Positions 9,771 through 20,453 of a stretch of DNA of 64,000 bases are shown here, piece after piece. The position numbers were made by a program, and so were the translations under genes. The stretch's first letter is position 1. Every line of letters starts with the position of its first letter. Under the pieces are notes generated by a model, which made no database searches, was not told where the DNA came from, and worked only from the letters and a program-made list of their open reading frames with translations. The DNA lies in IMG/VR virus record IMGVR_UViG_3300020056_000007; one strand, given 5' to 3'. This DNA comes from a virus.

Positions 9771-12700
9771 ATGGCAAAAGTCTATGTAAATCTACAAAAT
9801 ACCATTGGTACATGGGTCGCTAATCACAACGATGTTGTGAATAAAATTGGTGATCTAGCACTATTAGGGACACTTGAAGATAGTAGCTTAGTTATGGCTA
9901 CTAATGAAATACATGACTCTTTAAATGCTACCATAACTCTCCTTGGTTTATATAATCCTGCGGGTTTATCAACAGTAGCTGACTCAGTAGTAGGAGCAGT
10001 AAATGAACTTGATTCTGATATTGGCAACAGAGCTGATTTAGTTACCTTAAATAGAAATACAATTGTAGCTGCAATTAATGAATTGCATGATTCTATGGGC
10101 ACTGCTGCCCTTGGTACATTGGCAACCGATATAAAAGGTGCAATTAATGAACTTCATGATTCAGTAGATCAACTTAATACATTCGTAGATCCAGACACAG
10201 CACTTAACACAACAGCATCTACTGTATCTGGTGCAATTAACGAACATGAAACTGATATTGGTAATATGACCTTTACAGGTCTAAGTGCAACTAATATCTC
10301 TGCAGCGATTAGAGAATTAAGAACTGAACTGGGCGACCACACTTCTCTTACTACTACAGCAACTAATAATGTGGTTGCAGCTATTAATGAAATTAATTCA
10401 GAACTTTATAATACACCAGATGGAAGTGGATCTAACTTTAATACGACTGCTACAACCATCGAAGGAGCAATTAACGAATTTGAAGCAGCACTTAGAAATT
10501 CTACTGGCGGTGGTGTTAATAACTATACGCTATCGACATTAAAGCAAACTATTGTTGAAGCAATTAATGAACTTCATGATTCACTAGGCACTGACGCTCT
10601 TAATACATTATCAACTAATATTAAAAGTGCAATTAATGAACTTCATGATTCACTGGGCACTGACTCTCTTAATACATTATCAACTAATATTAAAAGTGCA
10701 ATTAATGAACTTCATGATTCACAATCAGCAATTAAAACTTTATTAGGTGGTACTACTACTTTAAGAACCACTGCAACCTCGGTTGTTGGTGGTGTAAACG
10801 AAGTTGACTCACAAATGTCATTCGTTTTACAAGCATTAGGACTTGGTGATCCTAATACAGCATTTGGTACTTATACGCCAGGTACAGATACATATGCTGG
10901 TAATCTTGGTCAACTTGACGCTAATCTTGGTGATAAATCATCTATTAGACACGCTATAAATGATTTACAAAGTTCTATTGATACCATTGAAGGTAATGAA
11001 CAAACAACGAATACAACAATTGGTTCTTTAGCCAATTTAGATAATGAAATACAAAGATCAAGTATTGTTGGTGCTATTAACTCTTTAAGAGATTCTGTTC
11101 TTGCAATTTATGATTCTCTTACGGTTGATAATTTAACATTCAATGATAATATTATTAGATCTAATTCTACCAACGGACAAATTGATTTAAGACATGGTGG
11201 ACCTGGTGTTGCATCTGAGTTTACATATTTAACAATTAAAAGATTTGCTGATAGCGATACACTTATTACTACTGATGCTGGTGGTTCAGGTATACTTCTT
11301 GCCGATTCTGCAGTTACCATTCAAGGTAATTTAAGAGTACAAGGTACGACTACTTATGTCAATACCGAAACAGTTGAGATTGATGACAACATTATATTAT
11401 TGAATGCTAACGTAGCATCAAATGTTGCTGGAACTGAAAATGCTGGACTCGAAGTTAATCGTGGAAATTTAGCGAATGCATTTATAAGATGGAATGAAAC
11501 TAATGACAAGTGGGAAGCCACTATGGCAAATGATGGTTCTGTTGAAACCATCTTAACCACATCTGATAAGAGCGGTATTAGTGGAGCTAATATTAATGAT
11601 GATGCTGTCTCTAATGCTAAACTTGCAAACATGGGTGCAAACACTGTTAAGGTTAGAGATGCTAATAGTGCTGGTGATCCATCGGATAAAGCGGTTGGAA
11701 TTGCTCAAATCTTAATTGGTACACCAACAGGATTTACTTCGGATTCACTTTCAGGTGATGTCAGTATGACAAGTGCTGGCGCGGTAACTATTGTCGATGA
11801 TGCAGTTACATATGCTAAAATCCAAAATGTATCGGCGACAAATAGAATTTTAGGTAGAGATACTGCAGGTGCTGGAGTTATAGAAGAAATTACTCCAACT
11901 AATGTAAGAACAATGCTTAATGTTGAGGATGGCGCAAATGCTTATAGCCATCCTAATCACTCAGGCGATGTTACTTCAACCGGTGATGGTGCTACTACCA
12001 TTGCAAATGATGCAGTTACATATGCTAAGATGCAAAATGTTGTAACAGCCAATAGAGTTCTTGGTTCTACTTCAGCGGATGGTGTGGTTAGTGAAGTTCA
12101 AGTATCTACTAATATGATTGCCGATTCCGCAGTTACATACGCTAAAATGCAGAATGTTTTAACAGCTAATAGACTCCTTGGATCTACATCAGCAAATAGT
12201 AACGTTAGTGAAGTTCAAGTAGCCACTGGTATGATTGCAAATGATGCTGTGACTTATGCTAAAATCCAAAATGTTGCGACAGCTAATAGAGTTCTTGGCT
12301 CTTCTTCGGCAGGGGGTGTAGTATCTGAAGTTCAAGTTTCTAATGCCATGTTAGCTGGTTCAATTGCTAATAATAAATTAGCTAACAGCGCTATTACTAT
12401 TGCTGGAGTATCAACTTCATTAGGTGGATCAATTTTAGATTCACTTGGCGAAGTTCCAGGGATACATACCGGAGGAGGAAGTGCAGATCAAGATAGTACA
12501 CAATCTATTTTCATTGGTCATCAAAATCCAATAAGTGGAGTTCTTGGTACATCTTCAGTAGGTATTGGTTGGCATGCAGGACAGTCACTTACTAATGCTT
12601 CGAATTATGCTACTTCAGTAGGACACGGATCTGGTAAAAATAATAATGGTGATTATAATAGTTCTTTTGGCGCAAATGCAATGGGTGCTGGATCAGCTAC

Positions 12701-13241
12701 ATCAGGAAATTATAATACATCACTAGGTTATCAGGCAGGTTATGAGATAAGTAGTGGCACAAATAATGTGAATGCTGGTGCATTTGCTGGCGCGGAAATC
12801 CAAACTGGTGGTGGTAACGTTGCACTTGGTTATGGGGCAGGTCCTGCAAATGGAGGTTCTGGTGTTTCTGATAATATTTACATCGGACATTTGGCAGGAA
12901 GTACGGGAACGACTGGTGATAACAATATTATTATTGGTAAAAATGCTCAGAAATCTGCTGCTACTGTAAGTAATGAAATTACGCTCGGTGATACGGCAAT
13001 TACAAGATTTAGAATACCTGGGCTTGATCTCGATACTAATAGTGCAACTGGTGGCCAAGCACTTAGATGGAATGCTACTAATGGAGGATTTGAATGGTAT
13101 ACTCCATCAAGTGGAGTAACTGCTGGAGATTATATAACTAACAGTAGTGGTACATTTAATGTAAATGCAGGAGATACATTACTTATTAAAAATTCTGGAG
13201 GTACCACACTAAAAACAATTGTGAGTTTGGGTAGTGTATAA
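9771..13241 (+). CDS. Long fibre / fibritin-like virion protein
   Basis: N-terminal AINELHDS segmented coiled-coil repeats, a GNLRVQGTTTYVNT fibre module, IANDAVTYAKxQNV repeats, and C-terminal YadA-head-like GxxAG repeats. Confidence 0.75.
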   Translation: MAKVYVNLQNTIGTWVANHNDVVNKIGDLALLGTLEDSSLVMATNEIHDSLNATITLLGLYNPAGLSTVADSVVGAVNELDSDIGNRADLVTLNRNTIVAAINELHDSMGTAALGTLATDIKGAINELHDSVDQLNTFVDPDTALNTTASTVSGAINEHETDIGNMTFTGLSATNISAAIRELRTELGDHTSLTTTATNNVVAAINEINSELYNTPDGSGSNFNTTATTIEGAINEFEAALRNSTGGGVNNYTLSTLKQTIVEAINELHDSLGTDALNTLSTNIKSAINELHDSLGTDSLNTLSTNIKSAINELHDSQSAIKTLLGGTTTLRTTATSVVGGVNEVDSQMSFVLQALGLGDPNTAFGTYTPGTDTYAGNLGQLDANLGDKSSIRHAINDLQSSIDTIEGNEQTTNTTIGSLANLDNEIQRSSIVGAINSLRDSVLAIYDSLTVDNLTFNDNIIRSNSTNGQIDLRHGGPGVASEFTYLTIKRFADSDTLITTDAGGSGILLADSAVTIQGNLRVQGTTTYVNTETVEIDDNIILLNANVASNVAGTENAGLEVNRGNLANAFIRWNETNDKWEATMANDGSVETILTTSDKSGISGANINDDAVSNAKLANMGANTVKVRDANSAGDPSDKAVGIAQILIGTPTGFTSDSLSGDVSMTSAGAVTIVDDAVTYAKIQNVSATNRILGRDTAGAGVIEEITPTNVRTMLNVEDGANAYSHPNHSGDVTSTGDGATTIANDAVTYAKMQNVVTANRVLGSTSADGVVSEVQVSTNMIADSAVTYAKMQNVLTANRLLGSTSANSNVSEVQVATGMIANDAVTYAKIQNVATANRVLGSSSAGGVVSEVQVSNAMLAGSIANNKLANSAITIAGVSTSLGGSILDSLGEVPGIHTGGGSADQDSTQSIFIGHQNPISGVLGTSSVGIGWHAGQSLTNASNYATSVGHGSGKNNNGDYNSSFGANAMGAGSATSGNYNTSLGYQAGYEISSGTNNVNAGAFAGAEIQTGGGNVALGYGAGPANGGSGVSDNIYIGHLAGSTGTTGDNNIIIGKNAQKSAATVSNEITLGDTAITRFRIPGLDLDTNSATGGQALRWNATNGGFEWYTPSSGVTAGDYITNSSGTFNVNAGDTLLIKNSGGTTLKTIVSLGSV
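10560..10722 (+). repeat. 69-bp tandem repeat (about 2.4 copies) encoding AINELHDSLGTD(A/S)LNTLSTNIKS
   Basis: Copies start at 10560, 10629 and 10698; the first two differ at only 2 positions. Confidence 0.9.
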
Positions 13242-13281
13242 AACGTAATATATAATACCATATAATGGAGATGATAGTAAT

Positions 13282-14361
13282 ATGGCTGTAGTAACACCAC
13301 TTAAAGTTTTAAACGGCGGAGATCTCAAGCAAATGAGTACTGCCGAAATAACTTATATTAAAGATAGATGTAGATATTTGTATGGTACAGACCCAACTGT
13401 AACATTATCAGTTGTAACTACTGGTGCAACCAATCATATTGATGTTGAAGGTACGAATCAATATATGATTGATGATAGATGGCAAACTGGTACCTCTGCA
13501 ACAAATGCAACTACTTATCCCGCCGAAGCTACAACAGGCGAACCAACAATTATTACACCAATTCAATATGATTATATTGATGAAACACGTACAGCTGCAA
13601 GTCAACCCTCTGACATTAATTCTGTAAGGTTTCCACTTTATTATGATGGAAATGGAGATCTTAGATCTATGTCTCAAACAGATATGTTAGATACATTTAT
13701 TTTGCCAGCAATTGATACTATAACGGCATCTGTGGGTCAGCCTGGAACATATAGAGTGCATACTGCAACAACGTTAGCTGGTTATACTGCTGTTGCAACA
13801 GATGCAATTTTTACTGATACTCGCGCAGATCAAAGTGCATATAATGTTACAGATACCCCTACAGCTCCAACAGGTGCAGCAGCAACAATTGGAGCTTCTG
13901 GTACTACACAAGATATTTCTGAAATAGTAAGTAACTATTATTTGTTACAAGCAAATAATATAAGTGAGCCAAGTATTACATTAGCATCAGATGATTTAAA
14001 TTATGGTGGTACTGAAGAACTTGCGCTTGCTTATATAGTAGCAGGACCTAATGATATTAGGGAGTATACTTTAGCTCAGCTAGATGATATATTAAAAAGT
14101 TACATGAAATATGCTGCGTCTGCTCATACTGGGTCAAGAATTCGTTATAGATTAGCATATGATGCGGATGGCGCTGGAGCAGGAACGGCTACTTATACAG
14201 GTACAACGCTAGGAAGTGTAATTGCTAATACTAGGATCACATCAGTATCAGGTGATTTAAAAAGAAGGTTTGTGAATGCTAATGATTATCGTTCACAAGA
14301 ATTTCCCGTTGGAACTGCAACGGCTCAACAATATTGGACTTTAAAGATGGATCAATACTAA
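13282..14361 (+). CDS. Putative virion structural protein
   Basis: Thr/Ala/Gly-rich 359-aa ORF with GGAG SD, in the structural operon; ends in YRSQEFPVG. Confidence 0.6.
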   Translation: MAVVTPLKVLNGGDLKQMSTAEITYIKDRCRYLYGTDPTVTLSVVTTGATNHIDVEGTNQYMIDDRWQTGTSATNATTYPAEATTGEPTIITPIQYDYIDETRTAASQPSDINSVRFPLYYDGNGDLRSMSQTDMLDTFILPAIDTITASVGQPGTYRVHTATTLAGYTAVATDAIFTDTRADQSAYNVTDTPTAPTGAAATIGASGTTQDISEIVSNYYLLQANNISEPSITLASDDLNYGGTEELALAYIVAGPNDIREYTLAQLDDILKSYMKYAASAHTGSRIRYRLAYDADGAGAGTATYTGTTLGSVIANTRITSVSGDLKRRFVNANDYRSQEFPVGTATAQQYWTLKMDQY

Positions 14362-14849
14362 TGTTTACAAAAGAAAACGTAATTAACGCAAGATATTCTA
14401 ATAACAGAGATTTAGTGTTAGTAGAATGGGTTGACGAAAATGATATTCGTCGAATTTATAATTTATTTGAAGATAATAATGATCCAGCATGGAAATCTCT
14501 TAGAGAAGCTGGCTGGACTAAAAAGAAAATTGATGAAGCAAGCGAAAAGTATAAAGTCGATTTTTCAAAAAACTTCGAAGATTTAGCTAGAAATATTTTT
14601 AGAAAAAATGATGAAGCTGAGTATAGAAATCTTTTAGAAGATTTATTTAATGATAATGTAGAAGATGGTCGTGATACTCAGCATTTATTCACTTTAAAAT
14701 TATTTTTATTTGAATTAAGCGAAGTTAAAAGAAGCACTAATAGAGAAGCTAAAGTGGCTTTACGTAAAGCGAAAAGTTCAAGGGAAGCTTTGTTTATAGC
14801 TATTGATATTGTAAAAGAAACTCCCCCAGTTGAGGCGGAAGAATCTTAG
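14361..14849 (+). CDS. Hypothetical protein
   Basis: TAATG overlap with the upstream stop makes ATG 14361 the likely start. Charged helical protein; its 3' end overlaps the convergent gene by 50 bp. Confidence 0.6.
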   Translation: MFTKENVINARYSNNRDLVLVEWVDENDIRRIYNLFEDNNDPAWKSLREAGWTKKKIDEASEKYKVDFSKNFEDLARNIFRKNDEAEYRNLLEDLFNDNVEDGRDTQHLFTLKLFLFELSEVKRSTNREAKVALRKAKSSREALFIAIDIVKETPPVEAEES

Positions 14850-15396
14850 GATTCAACATAGTTTCATACGATTGATTAAATAAGTAAACGTTATAATCAA
14901 TTACATTTATTTTTTCTTTTTGTTCTATAAATTCATAAGAACAATACTTATCACTTCGTAAATATTGATTGAATGTTCCAGCAAATTTTTCATAAATAAA
15001 TTGATCTATTCCTCTTGAATATTCAATCATAAAATAATTTGGATCTTTCTCAAATCCTTTATAGATGTGAGAGTAATCGCCAGACCATGACATTATACTA
15101 CTATTAAGTGGTGTGTGAAATGGCTTTCTCCACCATGCATGGCATAAAGTAAAATTTTTTCTTACAAGATTATTACAGTCTCCTGTAATAATTATGTCTA
15201 AGTCAAAATATATATTTTGGCCATCTCTATATCTATCGAACATAAGAAGCTTATTAAAAACTCCTTCATATTCATCATCTCTTATTACCACAAATTCTTC
15301 ATATTGTAAACCAGAAAAATTATCAATCATATGTTTTAAATTATCAACATACCATTCACTAAATTTATTTCCAGTGTTTACACAAATAATTCTCAT
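14800..15396 (-). CDS. Glycosyltransferase (GT-A, nucleotide-diphospho-sugar transferase-like)
   Basis: IICVNTGNKFSEWYVDNL, FNKLLMF, YFDLD (DxD), NSSIMSW and GIDQFI. Start placed at 15396 from the ATGA overlap. Confidence 0.75.
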   Translation of the reverse strand: MRIICVNTGNKFSEWYVDNLKHMIDNFSGLQYEEFVVIRDDEYEGVFNKLLMFDRYRDGQNIYFDLDIIITGDCNNLVRKNFTLCHAWWRKPFHTPLNSSIMSWSGDYSHIYKGFEKDPNYFMIEYSRGIDQFIYEKFAGTFNQYLRSDKYCSYEFIEQKEKINVIDYNVYLFNQSYETMLNPKILPPQLGEFLLQYQ

Positions 15397-16064
15397 GTCC
15401 AATGCTTTCTTATCCAAGATGTATTAGATTTATGTATATAATTGTTATTAGTAAAATGCACAATTTTTATATCTTTATCAATTTCTTCATCCATAATCAT
15501 AAATTCTTTATTATATAATTTACAATATTCTAATTGCATTTGATAATTTAAAGCATCATCATTGTAGTATCGTACCATCCAATTATCTGGTAGAGTTACT
15601 ATGTTTTCTACATTATCAAAAACAAAATTTTGTTCGCCGTGTCCTTTAATATTTACAGTGCCATTATTATAATAATATGATTCCCAATACTCTTTATTTT
15701 TTGACCATTTATCAGTTAGATCAGTAAACGCATTTCCTTTAAATTTATAAAAGCCACCATTTATCGGTAGTGTACTTACTGTACTTGAATATGTTAATAA
15801 TTCATTATCTTTAATTGGATATGATAACATGTCGTCAATATTGTTAACAATAACTTGATCTATATCCATAACTATAACATCATCGAGTGTTTCAGTAAAT
15901 GTTGGATCAAAAAATTCTAATTTGTGCCAATGCGATTTTCTTTTTGGTTTATAACAAAAAAATTCAAAATCAATAGTCGTATTTTTAGATATTCCTCTTT
16001 CAAGTTTTTCAACATAATCATAAGAATATTTTCCTTCATAATATAAACAAAATATTTTTAACAT
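15393..16064 (-). CDS. Glycosyltransferase (GT-A), paralogue of the downstream gene
   Basis: GKYSYDYVEKL, WHKLEFF, MDIDQ (DxD), INGGFYKF, GEQNFV and KIVHF. Confidence 0.75.
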   Translation of the reverse strand: MLKIFCLYYEGKYSYDYVEKLERGISKNTTIDFEFFCYKPKRKSHWHKLEFFDPTFTETLDDVIVMDIDQVIVNNIDDMLSYPIKDNELLTYSSTVSTLPINGGFYKFKGNAFTDLTDKWSKNKEYWESYYYNNGTVNIKGHGEQNFVFDNVENIVTLPDNWMVRYYNDDALNYQMQLEYCKLYNKEFMIMDEEIDKDIKIVHFTNNNYIHKSNTSWIRKHWT

Positions 16065-16786
16065 TTTCCTATAACCATAAACCTTTTATAACCATTAGGC
16101 ATATCAAGTGATCCTTTATATATTTTTTGTTTAATTCCTGATTTTTCTAATAATTCATCTTCATTTTCAACACAATTAATATGATCATTTACATGAAACA
16201 TATTATTACTTTGTAAAGCAAATATTGTATTTTCTCTATAATTTTTATTTTCTAATATTTTAGGTAAGCTAGGCATATGTTCAGAAGAAGTATTAATAAC
16301 TACATGTGTTTTATCGTCATCCATAATTGGATCGAGTATGTTTTGACAATAATGATTTCCTGCAATATTATAAATTGACATAAAATTTTCAAAAAACTTT
16401 TTCGTTTTAGGATCTATATCAATGTTATCAATTGATTCGATTTGATCTGAATTTTGTTTTAGCATTATAGATAATGGAGATCCAAACCAACCTCCTAATA
16501 GTTGAACTCTTATTTTCTCATTTAATTCAAAAAATGTTGGAATAACTAAAGATAATTTTTCAACTAACCATGTTTTAGATTCAATTTGGCTTGGGCCCAT
16601 ACTATCAAGAAAATGAACAATATCCATTTCTTTTTCGTATGCTATAGTCCATAACATTTGTAATAGATGTTTATTAATTTTATCTTCTAATAATGGTTTA
16701 GTAACTTTTAAATATGAATATGGATCAAGCTTTTCTTCGTTAAAAGCTTTCCATAACACATTCCATATTTCTTTTTCTATAATCAT
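16058..16786 (-). CDS. Class I SAM-dependent methyltransferase-like protein
   Basis: SQIESKTWL, LLGGWFG (motif I), NIDID, VINTSSEH and RFMVIG. Confidence 0.7.
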   Translation of the reverse strand: MIIEKEIWNVLWKAFNEEKLDPYSYLKVTKPLLEDKINKHLLQMLWTIAYEKEMDIVHFLDSMGPSQIESKTWLVEKLSLVIPTFFELNEKIRVQLLGGWFGSPLSIMLKQNSDQIESIDNIDIDPKTKKFFENFMSIYNIAGNHYCQNILDPIMDDDKTHVVINTSSEHMPSLPKILENKNYRENTIFALQSNNMFHVNDHINCVENEDELLEKSGIKQKIYKGSLDMPNGYKRFMVIGKC

Positions 16787-18276
16787 TTTCTTATAATATA
16801 ATCATTAATTACTAATAGATCCATTCCTGTTTTATTAAAAGTGGCAATTGCTTCTTCTGGTGTTTCTACAATTGGTTCTTGACAATTAAAGCTTGTATTT
16901 AATAACATAGGCATTGCAGTTGCATAAAAAAAATCAGTGATTAACTTATAAAATTTAGGATTATCACTTTCATTTACTGTTTGTATTCTTGCAGTATTAT
17001 CTATGTGAGTTACACCCGGAATTTTATCTTTATGTTTAACTTTTACAATTCTACTCATATATGGACTTGGTTTATGTGTATCAAAAAAATATTCATACCA
17101 CTCTTCTAAGACTGCTGGTGCGAATGGCCTAAAATCTTCACGTAATTTTATAGTATTATTAATTACAAATTTAATATCATGCCTTCTTGGATCTGCTAAT
17201 ATACTTCTATTTCCTAAAGCTCTATTTCCACTTTCTGATTCATCTTGAAACCAACCAACAATTGCACCATCTGCAATTGCTTGTGCTATTTCTTTGTAAT
17301 TAACTTTTTCTTTACCTTTAAAATTATATTTTTTTCCAGCATATGTTTTTGGAGTATGAATGTTATTATTTAACATATAATCAGCATGCATATATGTCCC
17401 TAATGCCTGTCCTTCATCTCCAGCTGCAGGCGGTACATGCACGTTTTCGTATTTTTCAAAAAACATTTCATTCACATATCCATTATAAGCAACTCCTCCT
17501 GCAATACATAAATTTGTTGATGATTGCAGAGGATATACGTGTTCTCTTATAATATCTTCTGTAAAGACTTGTAATGTATGTGCAATTGAATCTGGTGGAA
17601 CATTTTGTGAATCTACCATACGTATAAAATCATCTTTATCAATTCGGTTTTGATGTAATTCTTCTAACATAAGATAGATAGAATCTTTTAAAGCGCCGTA
17701 AGCAGAAAGACCCATTACTTTTCCTGCACCTAAAAATCCGAAACCTAAATATTGAGAGATAAAATTCCAAAGTTCACCAATATTTATTTTGCTAGATAAA
17801 TCTATAATTTTTTGATTTTTATCAATAAAAATACAATTAAAATTATATCCTCTTCCGTCAATTGCTAATATATCTGATTCTTCAAATCCAGAAGTTAAAT
17901 AAGCATATGCAGCATGTGATTGATGATGATCAATATAATATGTGTTATTAATCATTTTATAATCCCATAGATTAGTGGGTTTAAAATCAAGATATTCTTT
18001 AGAAATTTTATATGGTGTTATTTGATTAACACCACCAATAGTAGTTGTGAAAGCAAACACTTCATGGTTTTCAGGTTTATAATATTCTTCATAGAATTTT
18101 ATACCAGCTTCGTTAGAATGTTTTTGTGGTATAAACACACCATTAAATGGATATACGTTTTCATCTAACTTAGGTAGATTATGTTTTAATCTACTATATC
18201 TTTCTATTTGATTATGAAATAAACCATCATATGTATTATGATCATGAGGACTAAATGATGCACTAAAGATTTTCAT
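16783..18276 (-). CDS. O-carbamoyltransferase (NodU/CmcH/TobZ family)
   Basis: HHQSHA, DGRG, GKVMGLSAYG, AGGVAYN, AAGDEG, RALGNRSILADP, REDFRPFAP, TARIQTV and LLNTSFN..EPIVET. Confidence 0.93.
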   Translation of the reverse strand: MKIFSASFSPHDHNTYDGLFHNQIERYSRLKHNLPKLDENVYPFNGVFIPQKHSNEAGIKFYEEYYKPENHEVFAFTTTIGGVNQITPYKISKEYLDFKPTNLWDYKMINNTYYIDHHQSHAAYAYLTSGFEESDILAIDGRGYNFNCIFIDKNQKIIDLSSKINIGELWNFISQYLGFGFLGAGKVMGLSAYGALKDSIYLMLEELHQNRIDKDDFIRMVDSQNVPPDSIAHTLQVFTEDIIREHVYPLQSSTNLCIAGGVAYNGYVNEMFFEKYENVHVPPAAGDEGQALGTYMHADYMLNNNIHTPKTYAGKKYNFKGKEKVNYKEIAQAIADGAIVGWFQDESESGNRALGNRSILADPRRHDIKFVINNTIKLREDFRPFAPAVLEEWYEYFFDTHKPSPYMSRIVKVKHKDKIPGVTHIDNTARIQTVNESDNPKFYKLITDFFYATAMPMLLNTSFNCQEPIVETPEEAIATFNKTGMDLLVINDYIIRK

Positions 18277-19276
18277 AAATATAATCCGCTATTTTTATAT
18301 GAGTTTCATTATTTGGATGACTATCTCCACCAATAGTATCACTATTAGAATTTATCCAAGTTTTTTTTCTACTAGCATAGTTAGTAAATCTTTGTTGAAT
18401 ATTATTTTCTATTTCTGTCTGTATAAATTCTAAACCATATTTTTCGCATTTTAACTTAAGTGTTTCTGGTGGATCGCTAAATGTAATATCATTTTTATTC
18501 CATGTTATATTATTAGGTTTATCAATTGGCCAATTTATAAAATTTTTAATTTTATCATAATACATATTGTTAGGTAAATACTCAATTAATTCTTTTTTTG
18601 ATTTGTAAGGCCAATTATGTGCATGTAAATTTTTTACAATTGTAAAATTTGTGCGTTTATCACCAGACCTTTCACGGAATGGAATCATTGTTTTAAAGTT
18701 TTCATTTTCTTGAAAATCTCCATTCATCAAATTAAGCTTATCTTGGCTTGTAACTCTCCACCAATTCCAATATAAATTCATCCCTTGAATTTGTACATAT
18801 GGTATATTATAATTTTCACATAAGATTTGAAACATGTAAAAATAGCGTAAAGAATTATGAATCCAATCTTCGTAATTTCCAGGCGACCAATTGTTGTTAC
18901 CATGCTTATACGCAGATTTTTTCATTTTTTCTGGTAAATCATTTTTATATTCTGGATTAATCAAATGAGGTTCAGTTTCTTGAGCTTCATAATCACGCCT
19001 ATTTGATTCAGTCCACATATGTATAACTAAACCAATATCTTTATGATCTATATAATTTAATAAATCAAGAGTACGATTATAAATTCCGTTATTTCCAGAA
19101 CCACCAATCGCTAGATTAATTAATTTCATATTTAATTTTTTGGCTAAATGAACAGGCCAAGGAGTGTAATTTATACTTTTTAAAAAATTGTGTTTTGATG
19201 ATCGATCTTCTAAATTAGTATTGCGGCCATATGTATATGCAGAAAAACTACATCCATTGACAATTAAGTATTTCAT
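18263..19276 (-). CDS. SGNH/GDSL-like hydrolase or acyltransferase
   Basis: NGCSFS (block I), NLAIGGSGN (block II) and C-terminal DSHPN..H. Confidence 0.6.
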   Translation of the reverse strand: MKYLIVNGCSFSAYTYGRNTNLEDRSSKHNFLKSINYTPWPVHLAKKLNMKLINLAIGGSGNNGIYNRTLDLLNYIDHKDIGLVIHMWTESNRRDYEAQETEPHLINPEYKNDLPEKMKKSAYKHGNNNWSPGNYEDWIHNSLRYFYMFQILCENYNIPYVQIQGMNLYWNWWRVTSQDKLNLMNGDFQENENFKTMIPFRERSGDKRTNFTIVKNLHAHNWPYKSKKELIEYLPNNMYYDKIKNFINWPIDKPNNITWNKNDITFSDPPETLKLKCEKYGLEFIQTEIENNIQQRFTNYASRKKTWINSNSDTIGGDSHPNNETHIKIADYIYENL

Positions 19277-20091
19277 TTCATAACTGCTCCAGCTGCTACA
19301 ATATCTAAAATATCTTCTGGAAATCTTTTTTCAATAAACTCTGTACATTTTTTACAGTATTCTTCAAATTCAAATAATTCATAATTCATCATTTTTTCAA
19401 TATTTTCTGGTGTAATATCAAATTGTCTAGATCCATTAATTACTTTTTTACTACAATGTCTTAATTTTTTTATTTCAAAATCAATTACCGGAACCTTTGG
19501 AAATGCAGCGCACATTCTTCTATCAAACTCAGGCGCCTGATCTGTTTCAGTCCAATCAGGAGATCTTGAATTAAATTCTTTAAACTGTGTATTTTCATGA
19601 TCTAATATACTTAAATCAAAATTTTCTCTGTATTTAAAATAATTTGGTGTCATAATTACTACGTTATAATTATTCAAATTATTTTTTTCAAAAAATTCAA
19701 AGTTGCCAAGTTTTTCAATTTTATCTTCGTGGAAATCTAAAACTAAATGTTCCATATAATATATAGTTGGATCTTCTAAAACTTCAGAATATCTTTTACG
19801 TACAAATGAATTAGAAAGAATTGATACAACAAATGTATCATACTCTTTTATCATATTAATGACTTCTGTTAAATTTTTAACTAGGCCTGGTTCACCGCCC
19901 AATATATTAAAAATTATTTTATGCCCTTTAAAACATTCAAGTGTATGTCGTAAAAAATCCATATCAACATGAAGATTTCTCATTTCCAAAGTCCATGCTG
20001 TACAATAATGACATGACTTATTACAAGATTTTGTTAAATAAAAATCAACTCCTTTATATCCATCTTCAAGTAATTCACGTCTAGTTTTCAT
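19273..20091 (-). CDS. Radical SAM enzyme
   Basis: CNKSCHYC, GGEP, and extra C-terminal cysteines (C, HC, CKKC) suggesting an auxiliary cluster. Confidence 0.88.
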   Translation of the reverse strand: MKTRRELLEDGYKGVDFYLTKSCNKSCHYCTAWTLEMRNLHVDMDFLRHTLECFKGHKIIFNILGGEPGLVKNLTEVINMIKEYDTFVVSILSNSFVRKRYSEVLEDPTIYYMEHLVLDFHEDKIEKLGNFEFFEKNNLNNYNVVIMTPNYFKYRENFDLSILDHENTQFKEFNSRSPDWTETDQAPEFDRRMCAAFPKVPVIDFEIKKLRHCSKKVINGSRQFDITPENIEKMMNYELFEFEEYCKKCTEFIEKRFPEDILDIVAAGAVMK

Positions 20092-20453
20092 GTTGATTTA
20101 ACATATCCTTTTGTTTGCTCAGACTCTAAAAATATTTCTTTTTTATGTTGAGGCGAATTTCTTTTTCTACATACTAAATGGCATAATGGAAATCCTTTTC
20201 CTTTACTTAAATTATTACGAAATTCAATCCATTCTTCTGTTAAAAAGATTTCTTCTACAGAATCATAATCTTCTAATCTACTAGCTAACAATAGTTGCTG
20301 ATATTCAAAATTCTGTCTATTTACTTGAGTATCAAGCCAACAACACGGAATAACTTCCATTCTGTTTGTTAAGGCAAAAGCTTCTTGTCGCCTATCAAAA
20401 CATTTAGGATCTAATTCACTATTTTCATCTATATCTGGAATTTCTCTACCCAT
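20088..20453 (-). CDS. Stand-alone SPASM/twitch-like Fe-S binding protein
   Basis: PKC...VIPCCW...EEIF...W...CHLVC pattern with no radical SAM core. Confidence 0.65.
   Translation of the reverse strand: MGREIPDIDENSELDPKCFDRRQEAFALTNRMEVIPCCWLDTQVNRQNFEYQQLLLASRLEDYDSVEEIFLTEEWIEFRNNLSKGKGFPLCHLVCRKRNSPQHKKEIFLESEQTKGYVKST

Noticed and set aside
8897-13677. Minus-strand ORFs opposite the structural genes (and similar ones elsewhere, such as 56085-56399 and 59934-60428)
   Set aside because: Antisense shadows of strongly codon-biased genes; no motifs or ribosome-binding sites.
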